A stretch of DNA of 64,000 nucleotides from Candidatus Velthaea sp. (GCA_050012475.1 JBEKHC010000039.1:39328-103327); one strand, 5' to 3'. Positions 28,544-38,291 are shown, counted from the stretch's first letter. The notes: generated by a model not told the origin, from the sequence alone. Numbers and translations are program-made.

Positions 28544-29292
28544 GATATCTCCAATGACACGGGTATTTTTTCACCGCTGGTCCGCTGCGCCAAACCAGTT
28601 TGAACGCCGAGAAGCGCCAACAACTCGCGGCGTTGCAGACCGAAGGCTGGGTCGCTGGGGTCGCGCGGTCGTCGAGCAGCGATGCGAATCTGCGCCGCGA
28701 TGCGACCGCCGTCGAGAACGACGGCTCGATCCGCCAAGAGGAGCGCTTCGTCGACGTCGTGCGTGACGAGCAGAATCGAAGGCTCGTGCAATCGCCATAA
28801 GTCAACGACGAGATGGTGCATGCGCAAACGCGTCAGCGCGTCGACTGAGGCAAACGGCTCATCGAGCAGAAGCACCTTGGGTTCGCGGACGAGCGCTCGC
28901 GCGAGGCCGGCCCGCTGCGCCTCGCCGCCGGAAAGCGTGAGCGGCCACGCCCCCGCGCGCCGCTCGAGCTGGACTTCGCAGAGCGCCGCATAGGCGCGTT
29001 GCCGGACATCCGGGCCCTGCAAACCGAGAGCGACGTTCTCCCAAACGACTTTCCACGGCAGCAGACGCGGTTCTTGAAAAACGACCGCTCGCGGTTGCGG
29101 TACGTGCAGCGTGCCCCGGCTCGGCTCTTCGAGACCGGCAAGCACACGCAGCAAGGTCGTTTTGCCCGAACCGCTGCGTCCCAAGAGCGCGACGAACTCG
29201 CCGGGCGCGATGTCGAGGTCGAGATCGCGCAGAATATCCGTCGCGCCGAAGCTCAGTGAGAGGTCGCGAACCCAGGCGCCGGTGTGGCTCAC
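28540..29292 (-). CDS. ssuB: Aliphatic sulfonate ABC ATP-binding protein
   Basis: GRSGSGKT, FQEPRLLPW, LSGGEAQR, LLLDEPF. Confidence 0.9.
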   Translation of the reverse strand: MSHTGAWVRDLSLSFGATDILRDLDLDIAPGEFVALLGRSGSGKTTLLRVLAGLEEPSRGTLHVPQPRAVVFQEPRLLPWKVVWENVALGLQGPDVRQRAYAALCEVQLERRAGAWPLTLSGGEAQRAGLARALVREPKVLLLDEPFASVDALTRLRMHHLVVDLWRLHEPSILLVTHDVDEALLLADRAVVLDGGRIAAQIRIAARRPRDPSDPAFGLQRRELLALLGVQTGLAQRTSGEKIPVSLEIS

Positions 29293-30119
29293 CGGCCGGG
29301 CCGCAGCAGCGACGGCCGCCAGGCGAGTGCGTGCCGCTCGACGCCACGCACGATGGCATCGGTGGCCAGGCCAAGGATCGCGTAGATGAGCAAGCCGACG
29401 ATGATGATGTCGGTCCGCAAAAAATCACGCGCGTCCATGATCAGGTAACCGATGCCGCGATCGGCATTGATCTGCTCGCCCACAACCAAGCTCAGCCACG
29501 CCGCGCCGAGCGAATAGCGCAGGCCGACGAGCGCCGGAGCCAGCGAACCCGGCAGAATAACATGCCGGATCGTTTCCCAGCGCCCGAGCCCGAAAATCTT
29601 CGCTGCCTCAATAAGCTTCGGATCGACGGAGCGAATGCCGCCGAGCAGCGTCATATAAACGGGAAAAGCGGACGCGAACGCCACCAGCGCGATCTTGGGC
29701 GACTCGCCGATGCCGAACCAGAGAATCAACAGCGGCGTTAGGCCGAGATACGGCAACGTTCGAAGCATCTGCATAACCGGATCGACCACATCGTCACCGA
29801 TCCGCGAAAGCCCGACGGTCAGCGCGAAGAGGACGCCGATCGCTACGCCGATGAACAGGCCGACCGAAACGCGCGTCAGGGAGACGGTGAGATGGCGCAG
29901 GAGGTCACCGGAGACCGTCAGCGTCCAGAACGCGCCGAGGACCGCCGACGGCGGCGCCAACTTGTTCGCAGGAATCCAGCCCATCATGGAACCGAGCTGC
30001 CAAATCAGCACAAACGCGATCGGCGAACCGAAACGTCGGAGTGTCTGGGCATCGACGCTGCGCATCACATCGAGGCGGAGCGGCCGGGAGAGAAAAGCGG
30101 CGTTTCGTATGACTGACAT
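29289..30119 (-). CDS. ssuC: Aliphatic sulfonate ABC permease
   Basis: PLLILWFGIGE, WLSLVVGEQINA, ARDFLRTD; start set at ATG 30119 (could be slightly downstream). Confidence 0.9.
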   Translation of the reverse strand: MSVIRNAAFLSRPLRLDVMRSVDAQTLRRFGSPIAFVLIWQLGSMMGWIPANKLAPPSAVLGAFWTLTVSGDLLRHLTVSLTRVSVGLFIGVAIGVLFALTVGLSRIGDDVVDPVMQMLRTLPYLGLTPLLILWFGIGESPKIALVAFASAFPVYMTLLGGIRSVDPKLIEAAKIFGLGRWETIRHVILPGSLAPALVGLRYSLGAAWLSLVVGEQINADRGIGYLIMDARDFLRTDIIIVGLLIYAILGLATDAIVRGVERHALAWRPSLLRPGR

Positions 30120-30249
30120 TGTCGATCCAAAAGTGGCGAACCCGAGCGCGCGAACGTTCGGCCTGCGCTGCCCGAAATCGGTAAAAGACGAAGCTGAGGC
30201 AGCCGTCTGGCGGCCACGCCCGTTTAAGGCTTTGAAAGCTGCTGAACGT

Positions 30250-30281
30250 GAGGCCACCGCGAGAATCGAACCCACGTGGCC
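30250..30281 (-). pseudogene. Internally deleted tRNA-Cys remnant (5' acceptor strand joined to T loop and 3' acceptor strand)
   Basis: Minus strand GGCCACGT-GGGTTCGATTCTCGCGGTGGCCTC matches both ends of the tRNA at 26502-26573 with one mismatch. Confidence 0.75.
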
Positions 30282-30341
30282 ACGCTCACGGACAACATCC
30301 CAAGCGTTGTCAGGACGGCGCTTGGACGTCGTACCTTAAAT

Positions 30342-30502
30342 AAAAAGCCCCTCACCGAAAACGGCGAGAGGCTTTCTCATACAGCGCCGGGCGCTAAATG
30401 GAATGCGAACACTCACCGGTCAGACGAGCGGAGCAGCGACAACAACGCGACTGCAGCATATCCATTGCACCGCATGATACGGCAGCAGAGTTGCCCAGTC
30501 AA
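30342..30502 (-). promoter_or_regulatory. Putative Cys attenuator L6: leader MDMLQSRCCRCSARLTGECSHSI (30465-30394), terminator 30375-30342
   Basis: TTGACT-17-TATCAT, ATG 8 nt later; leader CGGTGAG pairs with terminator arm CTCGCCG. Confidence 0.85.
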
Positions 30503-30555
30503 GTCTCGGCCGCATTTTCTTCGGCGAGGCGAACCGGCACGCAATGCAACCAAGG

Positions 30556-31578
30556 TCATCGCGGCTGAAACTGTGCTATGTCATTTACGCCATCGTAAAA
30601 GCGAGCCGCGACATCGCGGTGCGACCGCAGCCGGCCTTTGAGAGCGTTGTAGCCGTACTCGGCGAAAATCGGATCGGCGGGATCAACGCGCGCGTCGCCG
30701 GCGAGCGGAGGCAGGACGTGATCCGGCAGATCCAACGGCTCCACGACATAGTCGAAGCGGGGATTGTAGAAAAACGGAACGCTATAATAATCCCGGCCGG
30801 CAGACGGGCTTTCGACCCGGTGCAGCGTCGCGCGCAAGCGGTGATTCGTCGCGAGTTCGAGCGCTTCGCCAAGATTGATCACGAACGCGCCGCGCTTGGG
30901 AATGACCTCGACCCACGCTTGGCCGTCGTGGAATTGCAGGCCCGAGCCGCCGGCATCATCCTGAAGCACGAGCGTCAAAAATCCAGAGTCCTTGTGACTT
31001 CCCACGCCTTGCCGGTCGCCGGCTTCGCGTCCGGGATAATGCACGAGTTTCACCAGCAGGTGCGGATCGGGGTTGAACGCACCGTCGAAAAAGGTGCGCG
31101 GCAGTTCCAGTGCTTCGGCCAAAGCCCGACCTAGATCCGCCGCCACCGCGCGCAGCCGCTCGAGCCAGGCCAGGATGGCCGGCCGAAGTTCGGGCAGCGC
31201 CGAGGGCCACTGATTGGGACCCTGAAGACCCCAGTACGGCGATCCGCCGGGCTCACGGCGCACCGGCCGCTCTGCTCCGATGTCGACCTCTTCGCGCCAA
31301 TCGGGCTGGCCCTGCGTGTATTCGTTTCCGAGCGCCGTGTAACCGCGAAAATGCGGGGAATTGACCATTTCGATCGCGCGGCGTTCGGCTTGGGGCAACG
31401 CGAAAAAACGGCGCGCCAACCCTAAGATGCGGTCGGCGTCCTCGGCGTCCACGCCGTGGCCCGTCAGATAGAATGCGCCGATGCCGCCGACCGTCGCGCG
31501 CAAGCGTTCCAGAGCCGCGTCTCGATCGTGTGCGCCGGGCGATAGTTCACGGAGGTCGATCGTCGGGAGAGTCGTCAT
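30556..31578 (-). CDS. Isopenicillin-N-synthase-like 2OG-Fe(II) dioxygenase
   Basis: LPTIDL, FYLTGHGV, GPNQWP, HKDSG (HxD), LHRV; AAGGA RBS. Confidence 0.88.
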   Translation of the reverse strand: MTTLPTIDLRELSPGAHDRDAALERLRATVGGIGAFYLTGHGVDAEDADRILGLARRFFALPQAERRAIEMVNSPHFRGYTALGNEYTQGQPDWREEVDIGAERPVRREPGGSPYWGLQGPNQWPSALPELRPAILAWLERLRAVAADLGRALAEALELPRTFFDGAFNPDPHLLVKLVHYPGREAGDRQGVGSHKDSGFLTLVLQDDAGGSGLQFHDGQAWVEVIPKRGAFVINLGEALELATNHRLRATLHRVESPSAGRDYYSVPFFYNPRFDYVVEPLDLPDHVLPPLAGDARVDPADPIFAEYGYNALKGRLRSHRDVAARFYDGVNDIAQFQPR

Positions 31579-31704
31579 AAGCGATATGTCGTGTCCTTAT
31601 TTCGTAGCAGTTGCGGCTCTGCGCGCGAAGCCTTTCCCGCATTGAGGAGCCAACGCTAAAACGATCGGCGCACCATGGCTCACGCCGACAGGTCCATCTT
31701 CTTG

Positions 31705-31872
31705 AAACAAAAAGGCCCCAGCCAGAAATGGCGAGGGCCTTGATGGAACAGATGTTACTGCGATCAAATCACGCCGCTACGCCATGTCGAAAAGACTGCA
31801 ACAAGGACAGACTGCCGATTTGCTCGCAACGCTCACGCTCTGAACGATAGCATCGAGCGAAACGGGCGTCAA
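31705..31872 (-). promoter_or_regulatory. Putative Cys attenuator L7: leader MSVASKSAVCPCCSLFDMA (GTG 31836-31777), terminator 31741-31705
   Basis: TTGACG-17-TATCGT, GTG 7 nt later; ATGGCG in the leader is complementary to CGCCAT in the terminator arm. Confidence 0.82.
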
Positions 31873-31884
31873 CCCTTGCCATCA

Positions 31885-31913
31885 TTGACACGTTCTTGGT
31901 CCCGTGATAGATT
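31885..31913 (+). promoter_or_regulatory. sigma70-like promoter for the SBP gene at 32018
   Basis: TTGACA-17-TAGATT with TG extension, back-to-back with the L7 promoter. Confidence 0.55.
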
Positions 31914-32017
31914 CTCGCCTTAATCTTTGGAGCGCGGAAGCGCGGAGTATCTCTTGCGGAGAACCGGTGGTATCCGGCTGCGGCCCGGATGTTTCATGAC
32001 GCACGTAGCGGTGGATC

Positions 32018-33031
32018 GTGCAGCGGCTCGTCCGTAGCGAGTTCATTCTCGGCGCTGCCGCGCTGGCGCTCGCGCGCGTCCCCGCTGAGGCTTCGGAGCC
32101 GGCGCCCAAACGGCGCGCCGACGTCCGAATCGGGTGGAGCGGCACGAGTTGCGAAGCTGCGACGTATGTCGGCTATGCGCGCGGCTTTTTCGCGCGCGAA
32201 GGACTCAATGTCGAGCTTATCCGCCTTCGCGATCCGCTCGCAGCAACCGAGGCGATTCGGTCCGGCGCCATCGACGCCGTCAGTTCGCTCCTGTATACGT
32301 GGCTGCGGCCGATCGAACGAGGCCTCGACGCGCGGTTGACCGCGGGTCTGCATGGCGGCTGCGTGCGCCTTGTCGCGGCGGCGCGCTCTCCGATTCGTGA
32401 CCTCGGTGACGTCAAGGGGGCCACGATCGCGACCGACGATATTGGCGGCCCTGCCATGAGCTTTTTCTCCTCGCTGCTGCGCCGGCGCGAGATCGACCCC
32501 GCGCGCGACGTTCATTGGCAGTCATTCCGCCCGACCGATTTCGCTGCTGCCCTCGAACGCGGCGCGGCGCAGGTCGTAGCCGCCCGCGATCCCGCCGGCT
32601 TCGATCTCTTACGCAGCGGCAGCGGTCTGGCCATTACCGACCAGCTAGCGGCTGGAGTTTTCTACTGCGATCGCGGCATCAGCCACAGCCACAATTGCTA
32701 CATCGTGATGCGCGGCGCGCTAGTCCGCGAACGGCCGCGCGTCGCAGCCGCGTTGACCTGGGCTTGGCGCGACGCTACTCGCTGGGTTGGCGAGCACGTC
32801 GCCGAGGCTGCTCGCATCGCGGTCGACAAAAAGTTCGTGTCCGGCGACGCGGCCTCGACGGCGGCGATCCTCTCGACGTACGGGTGGCATCCGTCCGCCG
32901 ATCTCGCGCTCGAAGAGATTGAATTAACCGCGCGTGATTTCAAGCGCGCCGGTCTCCTGGACCGCAGCACGGATCCCGAAGAGCTCGCCGAACGCGTCTA
33001 CGCGGATATTCTCAAGACGGTCGACGGCTAG
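32018..33031 (+). CDS. ABC substrate-binding protein (NMT1/SsuA-like) with conserved Cys motifs
   Basis: SCEA, LHGGC, HNCY; paralog of the next gene. Confidence 0.85.
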   Translation: MQRLVRSEFILGAAALALARVPAEASEPAPKRRADVRIGWSGTSCEAATYVGYARGFFAREGLNVELIRLRDPLAATEAIRSGAIDAVSSLLYTWLRPIERGLDARLTAGLHGGCVRLVAAARSPIRDLGDVKGATIATDDIGGPAMSFFSSLLRRREIDPARDVHWQSFRPTDFAAALERGAAQVVAARDPAGFDLLRSGSGLAITDQLAAGVFYCDRGISHSHNCYIVMRGALVRERPRVAAALTWAWRDATRWVGEHVAEAARIAVDKKFVSGDAASTAAILSTYGWHPSADLALEEIELTARDFKRAGLLDRSTDPEELAERVYADILKTVDG

Positions 33032-33146
33032 TGCATCGACCCACTCTTTCATCCTCGGCCGGAGAGTCGGCGCTGGCCGCGCGCGACGAATCAGCGATAC
33101 ATCGCGACGATATTTTCGGCGCGTCCCAAGTGCTTCGACGCTGCGT

Positions 33147-33312
33147 TTGACAGATTCAGAGGGTGCATGCTAAAGTGCTGCTATCGTGAACTGCATGTCC
33201 TGTCCATGTCCGCGCTACTTTTGGCCGATCTTCGGTAGGGCTTGATCTTGCGCTGAACCGGCGAATTCCGCCGATGTCCCGAGCAAAACCGCCGTACTGG
33301 CGGTTTTTTTTT
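33147..33312 (+). promoter_or_regulatory. Putative Cys attenuator L8: leader MNCMSCPCPRYFWPIFGRA (GTG 33186-33245), terminator 33285-33312
   Basis: TTGACA-18-TAAAGT, GTG 9 nt later (alternative ATG 33195); AAAACCGCC..GGCGG-T9. Confidence 0.75.
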
Positions 33313-33336
33313 GTATTTTTTATGAGGTCCGCCATC

Positions 33337-34383
33337 ATGTCGTTCGAAAGCATTTCAAGAAAAGCGCTGCTAAAGGGAACGGGTTTGGGCGTCAGCGCAC
33401 TTGCCCTCGCCGGGATCGTCCACCCCGCGCCGGCGCTCGCGCTCAACGTCATCGGGCTCGCCCGTCCGAAGGTGCGCCTGGGCTGGTTCGGCGCGAGTTG
33501 CGAGGCGCCGCTCTACGCCGCCTATGAGACCGGCATCTTCGAGCGAGCCGGCATCGACGTCGAGCTCGTCAAGCTGAGCAAAGATTACACGTCGGTCGAC
33601 GGAATCGGCGCGGGCAAGTTGGACGGTGCACCCGGAATTCTTCATGCTTGGCTCAAGCCGATCGAACAGGGCGTCGACGCCAAGATCGCAGCGGGGTTGC
33701 ACGGCGGGTGCTTGCGGCTCGTCGCGGCGACGAACTCCGGGATCAAGACCCTTGCGGACTTGAAAGGCAAATCGATCGCCACCGACCAGTTAGGCGGGTC
33801 GGCTATGAGCTTCTTCAGCGTCCTGATCAGCAAGCAGGGGCTCGACCCGACGAAGGACGTCAGCTGGCGCGCATATCCGCCGGTTCAGTTGGAAACGGCG
33901 CTCGATAAAGGCGAGGCGCAAGTGGTTGCCGCCTCCGATCCGTTCGCGTACGCGCTCATCCCCAAGCACAAAGCAGTCGAGATCGGCTCGAACATGTCAG
34001 GCTTGTTCGCCGATCGGTCCGGGTTATCGCACAACCACTTCTGCTGCGTGGTGGCGTTGCGCGGTGGTCTCGTCCGTGACGATCCAAAAACGGCGGCGAC
34101 CGTAACCCGTGCCTGGCTCGACGGCAGCCGTTGGGTCGGCCGGCACATCCAACAAACCGCGCAGATCGAGATCGACAAGAAGTACGTCGCTTCCGACGTG
34201 CCGACCATCGCGAATCTGCTGGGGTCCTACGAGTGGCACCCGTCAGCCGATTTAGTCTACGAAGACATCCAACTCGGCGCGCATGATTTCCTGAAGGCCG
34301 GAATTTTGGACAAACGCACCGATCCCGACGCACTCGCGAAAAAAGCCTACGTCGACATTTTCCGCGAGGTCGCAAAACTCTGA
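33337..34383 (+). CDS. ABC substrate-binding protein (NMT1/SsuA-like), Tat-like signal
   Basis: GAGGT RBS, SRKALLKG signal, SCEAP, LHGGC, HFCC. Confidence 0.88.
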   Translation: MSFESISRKALLKGTGLGVSALALAGIVHPAPALALNVIGLARPKVRLGWFGASCEAPLYAAYETGIFERAGIDVELVKLSKDYTSVDGIGAGKLDGAPGILHAWLKPIEQGVDAKIAAGLHGGCLRLVAATNSGIKTLADLKGKSIATDQLGGSAMSFFSVLISKQGLDPTKDVSWRAYPPVQLETALDKGEAQVVAASDPFAYALIPKHKAVEIGSNMSGLFADRSGLSHNHFCCVVALRGGLVRDDPKTAATVTRAWLDGSRWVGRHIQQTAQIEIDKKYVASDVPTIANLLGSYEWHPSADLVYEDIQLGAHDFLKAGILDKRTDPDALAKKAYVDIFREVAKL

Positions 34384-34385
34384 AT

Positions 34386-35726
34386 ATGGCCGACCAACCC
34401 GCATATAACTTCGATACCGTCGCCATTCACGGCGGCCACGACGGCGATCCGGCGACGCACGCACGGGCCATTCCGATCTATCAGACGACGTCGTTCCTCT
34501 TCGACAACACGGACCACGCCGTCCGGCTGTGCTCGCTGGAGGAAATCGGCAACGTCTATACACGAATAGGCAATCCGACGAGCACCGCACTCGAGCTTCG
34601 AATCGCGGAACTCGAGGGCGGCGTAGGCGCGCTGGCGGTTGCCAGCGGACAGGCCGCGGTCGTGTACTCGGTGCTCAACGTCGCAACGCTGGGTCACCAC
34701 ATCGTTGCCTCCGCCTCACTTTACGGCGGAACCTACAACGCATTCGTCCACACGCTTCCAAGGTTCGGTATCGAGGTCACGCTCGTCGACGGGTCCGACC
34801 CGCTCAACTTCCGTCGCGCGATCAAAGCGAATACCAAGGCCATCTTTGCCGAAACGATCGGCAATCCGAAAATCGACGTGCTCGATATCGAGGCGACGGC
34901 GGCGATTGCGCAGGGCGCCAAGATTCCCTTGATCGTCGACAATACGCTGCCGACGCCGTATCTGCTGCGTCCCATCGATTTCGGCGCGAACGTCGTCGTG
35001 CATTCGGCTACGAAGTTCATCGGCGGTCATGGCACCTCGATCGGCGGCCTCATCGTCGACGGCGGAAACTTCGACTGGACGGGCTCCGGAAAATTCCCAA
35101 ATCTGACCGAGCCCGATCCGTCGTACCATGGGACGCGGTTCGTCGAACGCTTCGGCAACGAAGCCTACATCGTCAAAGCGCGCGTCTTCCTCTTGCGCGA
35201 TCTCGGCGCGGCCCCGGCGCCCCTGAACTCGTTTCTATTTCTGCAGGGACTCGAAACGTTGGGGCTGCGCATGGAGCGGCACTCCCAAAATGCACAACGC
35301 GTGGCTCAGTTCCTCGAAGGACATGCGGCGGTGAAGTGGGTGGCCTATCCCGGATTAGCGGACGATCCGGCTCATGGCCGGGCAAAGAAATACTTGCCCA
35401 AAGGGGCCGGCGCGATCCTCACGTTCGGGATCCACGGCGGGGCCGATGCGGCGCGCGCTTTCATCGACCGGCTGCAGCTGTTCTCACTGCTGGCGAATGT
35501 CGGCGACGCGAAGTCGCTCGTCATCCATCCGGCGACGACGACTCATCAGCAGCTCACGCCCCAGCAGCAGTTCGAGGCCGGCGTCACGCCGGATACCGTC
35601 CGTCTGTCGGTCGGCATCGAAAACATCGACGATATCATCGCGGATCTCGCTCAAGCGCTGAAGGGTACCGAACGCATCGTCTCGCCGGAAGTGGAAAATC
35701 AGTATCGGCTGCTTCCCATTGGCTGA
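34386..35726 (+). CDS. metY: O-acetylhomoserine sulfhydrylase / aminocarboxypropyltransferase
   Basis: PIYQTTSF, YTRIGNPT, VHSATKFIGGHG, LANVGDAKSLVIHPA. Confidence 0.93.
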   Translation: MADQPAYNFDTVAIHGGHDGDPATHARAIPIYQTTSFLFDNTDHAVRLCSLEEIGNVYTRIGNPTSTALELRIAELEGGVGALAVASGQAAVVYSVLNVATLGHHIVASASLYGGTYNAFVHTLPRFGIEVTLVDGSDPLNFRRAIKANTKAIFAETIGNPKIDVLDIEATAAIAQGAKIPLIVDNTLPTPYLLRPIDFGANVVVHSATKFIGGHGTSIGGLIVDGGNFDWTGSGKFPNLTEPDPSYHGTRFVERFGNEAYIVKARVFLLRDLGAAPAPLNSFLFLQGLETLGLRMERHSQNAQRVAQFLEGHAAVKWVAYPGLADDPAHGRAKKYLPKGAGAILTFGIHGGADAARAFIDRLQLFSLLANVGDAKSLVIHPATTTHQQLTPQQQFEAGVTPDTVRLSVGIENIDDIIADLAQALKGTERIVSPEVENQYRLLPIG

Positions 35727-35767
35727 GCGCGGCGCGGTCAGCGCCATAAAGCAAGTGGCGTCCTGAT

Positions 35768-36844
35768 ATGTCGTCTGTCGGTGAACTCGACGCAATGGCC
35801 CGGTCGGGAAACATTCCGGCACCGATGCCGGCGTCAGCAATAAACCAGGGAGCCATCGAGCTGCCGGCGCTCGACGAAGAGCCCGTGCGTGTCCGGACCA
35901 GCGCGGGACCGGTGGCGGCGGGCTACGCTTCGTGCCTGCTGTGGATCGCCGCCGCTGCGGTGACGTGGCGTTTGCCCGACGCCCGACCGTTGTATACGAC
36001 CGCGCACCTCGCAACGTTGACGGCCGCCGTTGCCGCGGCGATCGGCGCTTGGCTGGTCGCCGCACATTTGCGGCCGGCCGCTGCACGCCGCCTCTACGCG
36101 GTGGCTCCATGGTTGGTCGTGCTCGGAAGCGCGGCGCTGGTGTGGCAGCTCGTCACCGCCAAGTTCGCGCTGCTGCCGATGCCGTTCTTTCCACCGCCGC
36201 AAACGATCCTCGACGCCTACGAAAATGACGGACCGCTCTTGCTGCTCAGCGCCGCATACTCGCTGCGGCTGCTCGCGCTCGGGTTCACGCTTGGCCTCAT
36301 CGTTGGCTTCTTTACCGGCGTTGCGATGGGCTGGTGGCCGCGCGCAAACTACTGGCTGCACCCCATCGTCCGGACGATCGGCCCGATTCCAGCGACGGCG
36401 TGGCTGCCGCTCGCGTTCGTCGTTTTACCGACGAGCTTCACCGCGAGCATTTTCATCTTGGCGCTCGCGACCTGGTTCCCGGTGACGTTTCTCACCTGGT
36501 CCGGAGTGCGCGCCGTCAACCGCAGCTACTACGACGTGGCGCGAACGCTGGGCGCGTCGCAGTGGTTTCTGATTTGGAAAGTCGCGGTCCCCGCCGCCTT
36601 GCCGTCAATCTTCGTCGGCATCTTCATGGGCCTGGGCACGTCATTCGTAACCTTGCTCGCCGCCGAAATGCTCGGCGTGAAGGCGGGCCTGGGCTGGTAC
36701 GTCACCTGGGCCCAAGGCTGGGCGGCGTATCCCAAAGTGTATGCCGCTTTAGCCATTATGGCGCTGCTTTTTTCCGGCTTGATCAGCGTGTTGTTCAAGG
36801 TCCGTAACCGGGCGCTGGCGTGGGAACGCGGGTCGATTCGATGA
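35768..36844 (+). CDS. ABC transporter permease (SsuC/TauC-like, extended N-terminus)
   Basis: GPIPATAWLP, VARTLGAS loop, AEMLGVKAGLGWY. Confidence 0.88.
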   Translation: MSSVGELDAMARSGNIPAPMPASAINQGAIELPALDEEPVRVRTSAGPVAAGYASCLLWIAAAAVTWRLPDARPLYTTAHLATLTAAVAAAIGAWLVAAHLRPAAARRLYAVAPWLVVLGSAALVWQLVTAKFALLPMPFFPPPQTILDAYENDGPLLLLSAAYSLRLLALGFTLGLIVGFFTGVAMGWWPRANYWLHPIVRTIGPIPATAWLPLAFVVLPTSFTASIFILALATWFPVTFLTWSGVRAVNRSYYDVARTLGASQWFLIWKVAVPAALPSIFVGIFMGLGTSFVTLLAAEMLGVKAGLGWYVTWAQGWAAYPKVYAALAIMALLFSGLISVLFKVRNRALAWERGSIR

Positions 36845-37635
36845 CCGCGGAACCCAACGGCCGGCGCGGGGACGCGATCGGGGTGCACATCGCCGGTGTA
36901 TCGCACGAGTACGTCCTCGAAACGGGCACATTGCCAGTACTCGAGGACATCGATTTGACGGTGCCCCCCGGCTCGTTCACCGCGCTGCTGGGTCCAAGCG
37001 GAAGCGGAAAATCGACGATTCTGCGGATCGTCGCCGGCTTGGAATCGCCATCGCGCGGCCGCGTACTCGCCGGCGGCGTCACGATCGAAGGCCCGGATCC
37101 GTCGCGCGCAGTCGTCTTTCAAGAGGCCACGCTCTTTCCGTGGCGCAACGTTTGGCGTAACGTCGCGCTCGGGCCCGAAGCGCGCGGAAGCGTGCGCAGT
37201 GGCCGGGCCGCCCAGCACGATCCACGCATCGTGCGCGCGCTCGAACGGGTCGGACTTACTGCGTTTGCGACGGCACTGCCGCACCAGCTCTCCGGGGGCA
37301 TGGCGCAACGAGTGGCGCTCGCGCGAGCACTGATCGGCGATCCCGCGGTCCTTCTCTTGGACGAACCGCTGGGCAAGCTGGACGCGTTGACTCGCGGTGT
37401 CCTGCAGCGCGAACTCGCCGACCTCTGGCAGAGCAGCGGCTTCACCGCGTTGCTGGTGACGCACGACGTCGACGAAGCACTGATCCTCGCCGACCGCATT
37501 CTCGTTTTGAGTGAGCGCCCGGGGCGCATCGTCGCCGATCTCGCGGTCGATATCGAACGTCCCCGGCATCGCACCAATCCGAACTTCATTGCGCTGCGTT
37601 CGAAGGTGCTCGGTTGGCTTGGATTTCCGGATTGA
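36841..37635 (+). CDS. ABC transporter ATP-binding protein (SsuB/TauB-like)
   Basis: ATGA overlap with the permease; GPSGSGKS, LSGGMAQR, LLDEPLGKLD. Confidence 0.9.
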   Translation: MTAEPNGRRGDAIGVHIAGVSHEYVLETGTLPVLEDIDLTVPPGSFTALLGPSGSGKSTILRIVAGLESPSRGRVLAGGVTIEGPDPSRAVVFQEATLFPWRNVWRNVALGPEARGSVRSGRAAQHDPRIVRALERVGLTAFATALPHQLSGGMAQRVALARALIGDPAVLLLDEPLGKLDALTRGVLQRELADLWQSSGFTALLVTHDVDEALILADRILVLSERPGRIVADLAVDIERPRHRTNPNFIALRSKVLGWLGFPD

Positions 37636-37640
37636 TTGCG

Positions 37641-38291
37641 ATGCTTCGGATCCCGCGAAGCCTAGCGGATCGACTTCGTCGATCCGTCGCGTGTTCGCGC
37701 ATACCTTTGCCGTTCGTGTTGGCGCTTCTGATGACGTCGTCTTCGCCCGTGCTCGCCGCTTCGCAAGCACCGAAAGCCGGGCCGCACGTCGGCCTTGCGA
37801 ATTTCACCTTGACCGATCAGTTCGGCCGGCCGTTTGCGCTCGCCCGGCACATCGGGCATCCGCTCGTGCTGTTCTTCGGTTATTCGCACTGTGGCGACGT
37901 CTGCCCGCTCACGTTGGTGAAACTCGAGCATGCAAAAACTGCCCTCGGTGCTTCCGCGCGACCCCTCCAGGTCATTTTCGTAACGGTGGATCCGCAACGC
38001 GATACGCCCGCCGTTTTGCGGCGCTTCGTCGGCACCTTTGATCCGTCGTTCATCGCCTTGACCGGCTCGAAGGATCAGCTCGCCGGCGTCTATGCGGCGT
38101 ATCACGTGAGGTATCGCGCACTTGCCCCGGCCAAACCTTCGCTCGATTACGAAGTCGAGCACACCTCGCTTTTGTATTTCATCGGCCGCGATGGACGCCT
38201 GCGCGGGTTCGGTGACTGGACGGATTCGCAGACGATCGTAACGGAAAGCGTGCGCGACCTTCTGAACGCCCAGCCCCGGCCCAAGGTGTAA
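37641..38291 (+). CDS. SCO1/SenC-family protein
   Basis: FTLTDQFG, FFGYSHCGDVCP (CxxxC), TVDPQRDTP, YEVEHT. Confidence 0.88.
   Translation: MLRIPRSLADRLRRSVACSRIPLPFVLALLMTSSSPVLAASQAPKAGPHVGLANFTLTDQFGRPFALARHIGHPLVLFFGYSHCGDVCPLTLVKLEHAKTALGASARPLQVIFVTVDPQRDTPAVLRRFVGTFDPSFIALTGSKDQLAGVYAAYHVRYRALAPAKPSLDYEVEHTSLLYFIGRDGRLRGFGDWTDSQTIVTESVRDLLNAQPRPKV

Noticed and set aside
26502..30281. tRNA repeats as attL/attR of an integrative element
   Set aside because: No integrase; the remnant is upstream of the intact tRNA and includes both tRNA ends, unlike a typical att duplication
33167..33238. Alternative L8 peptide MLKCCYRELHV...
   Set aside because: The ATG is upstream of the predicted -10 box; it would need another promoter or read-through, so it is not fully excluded
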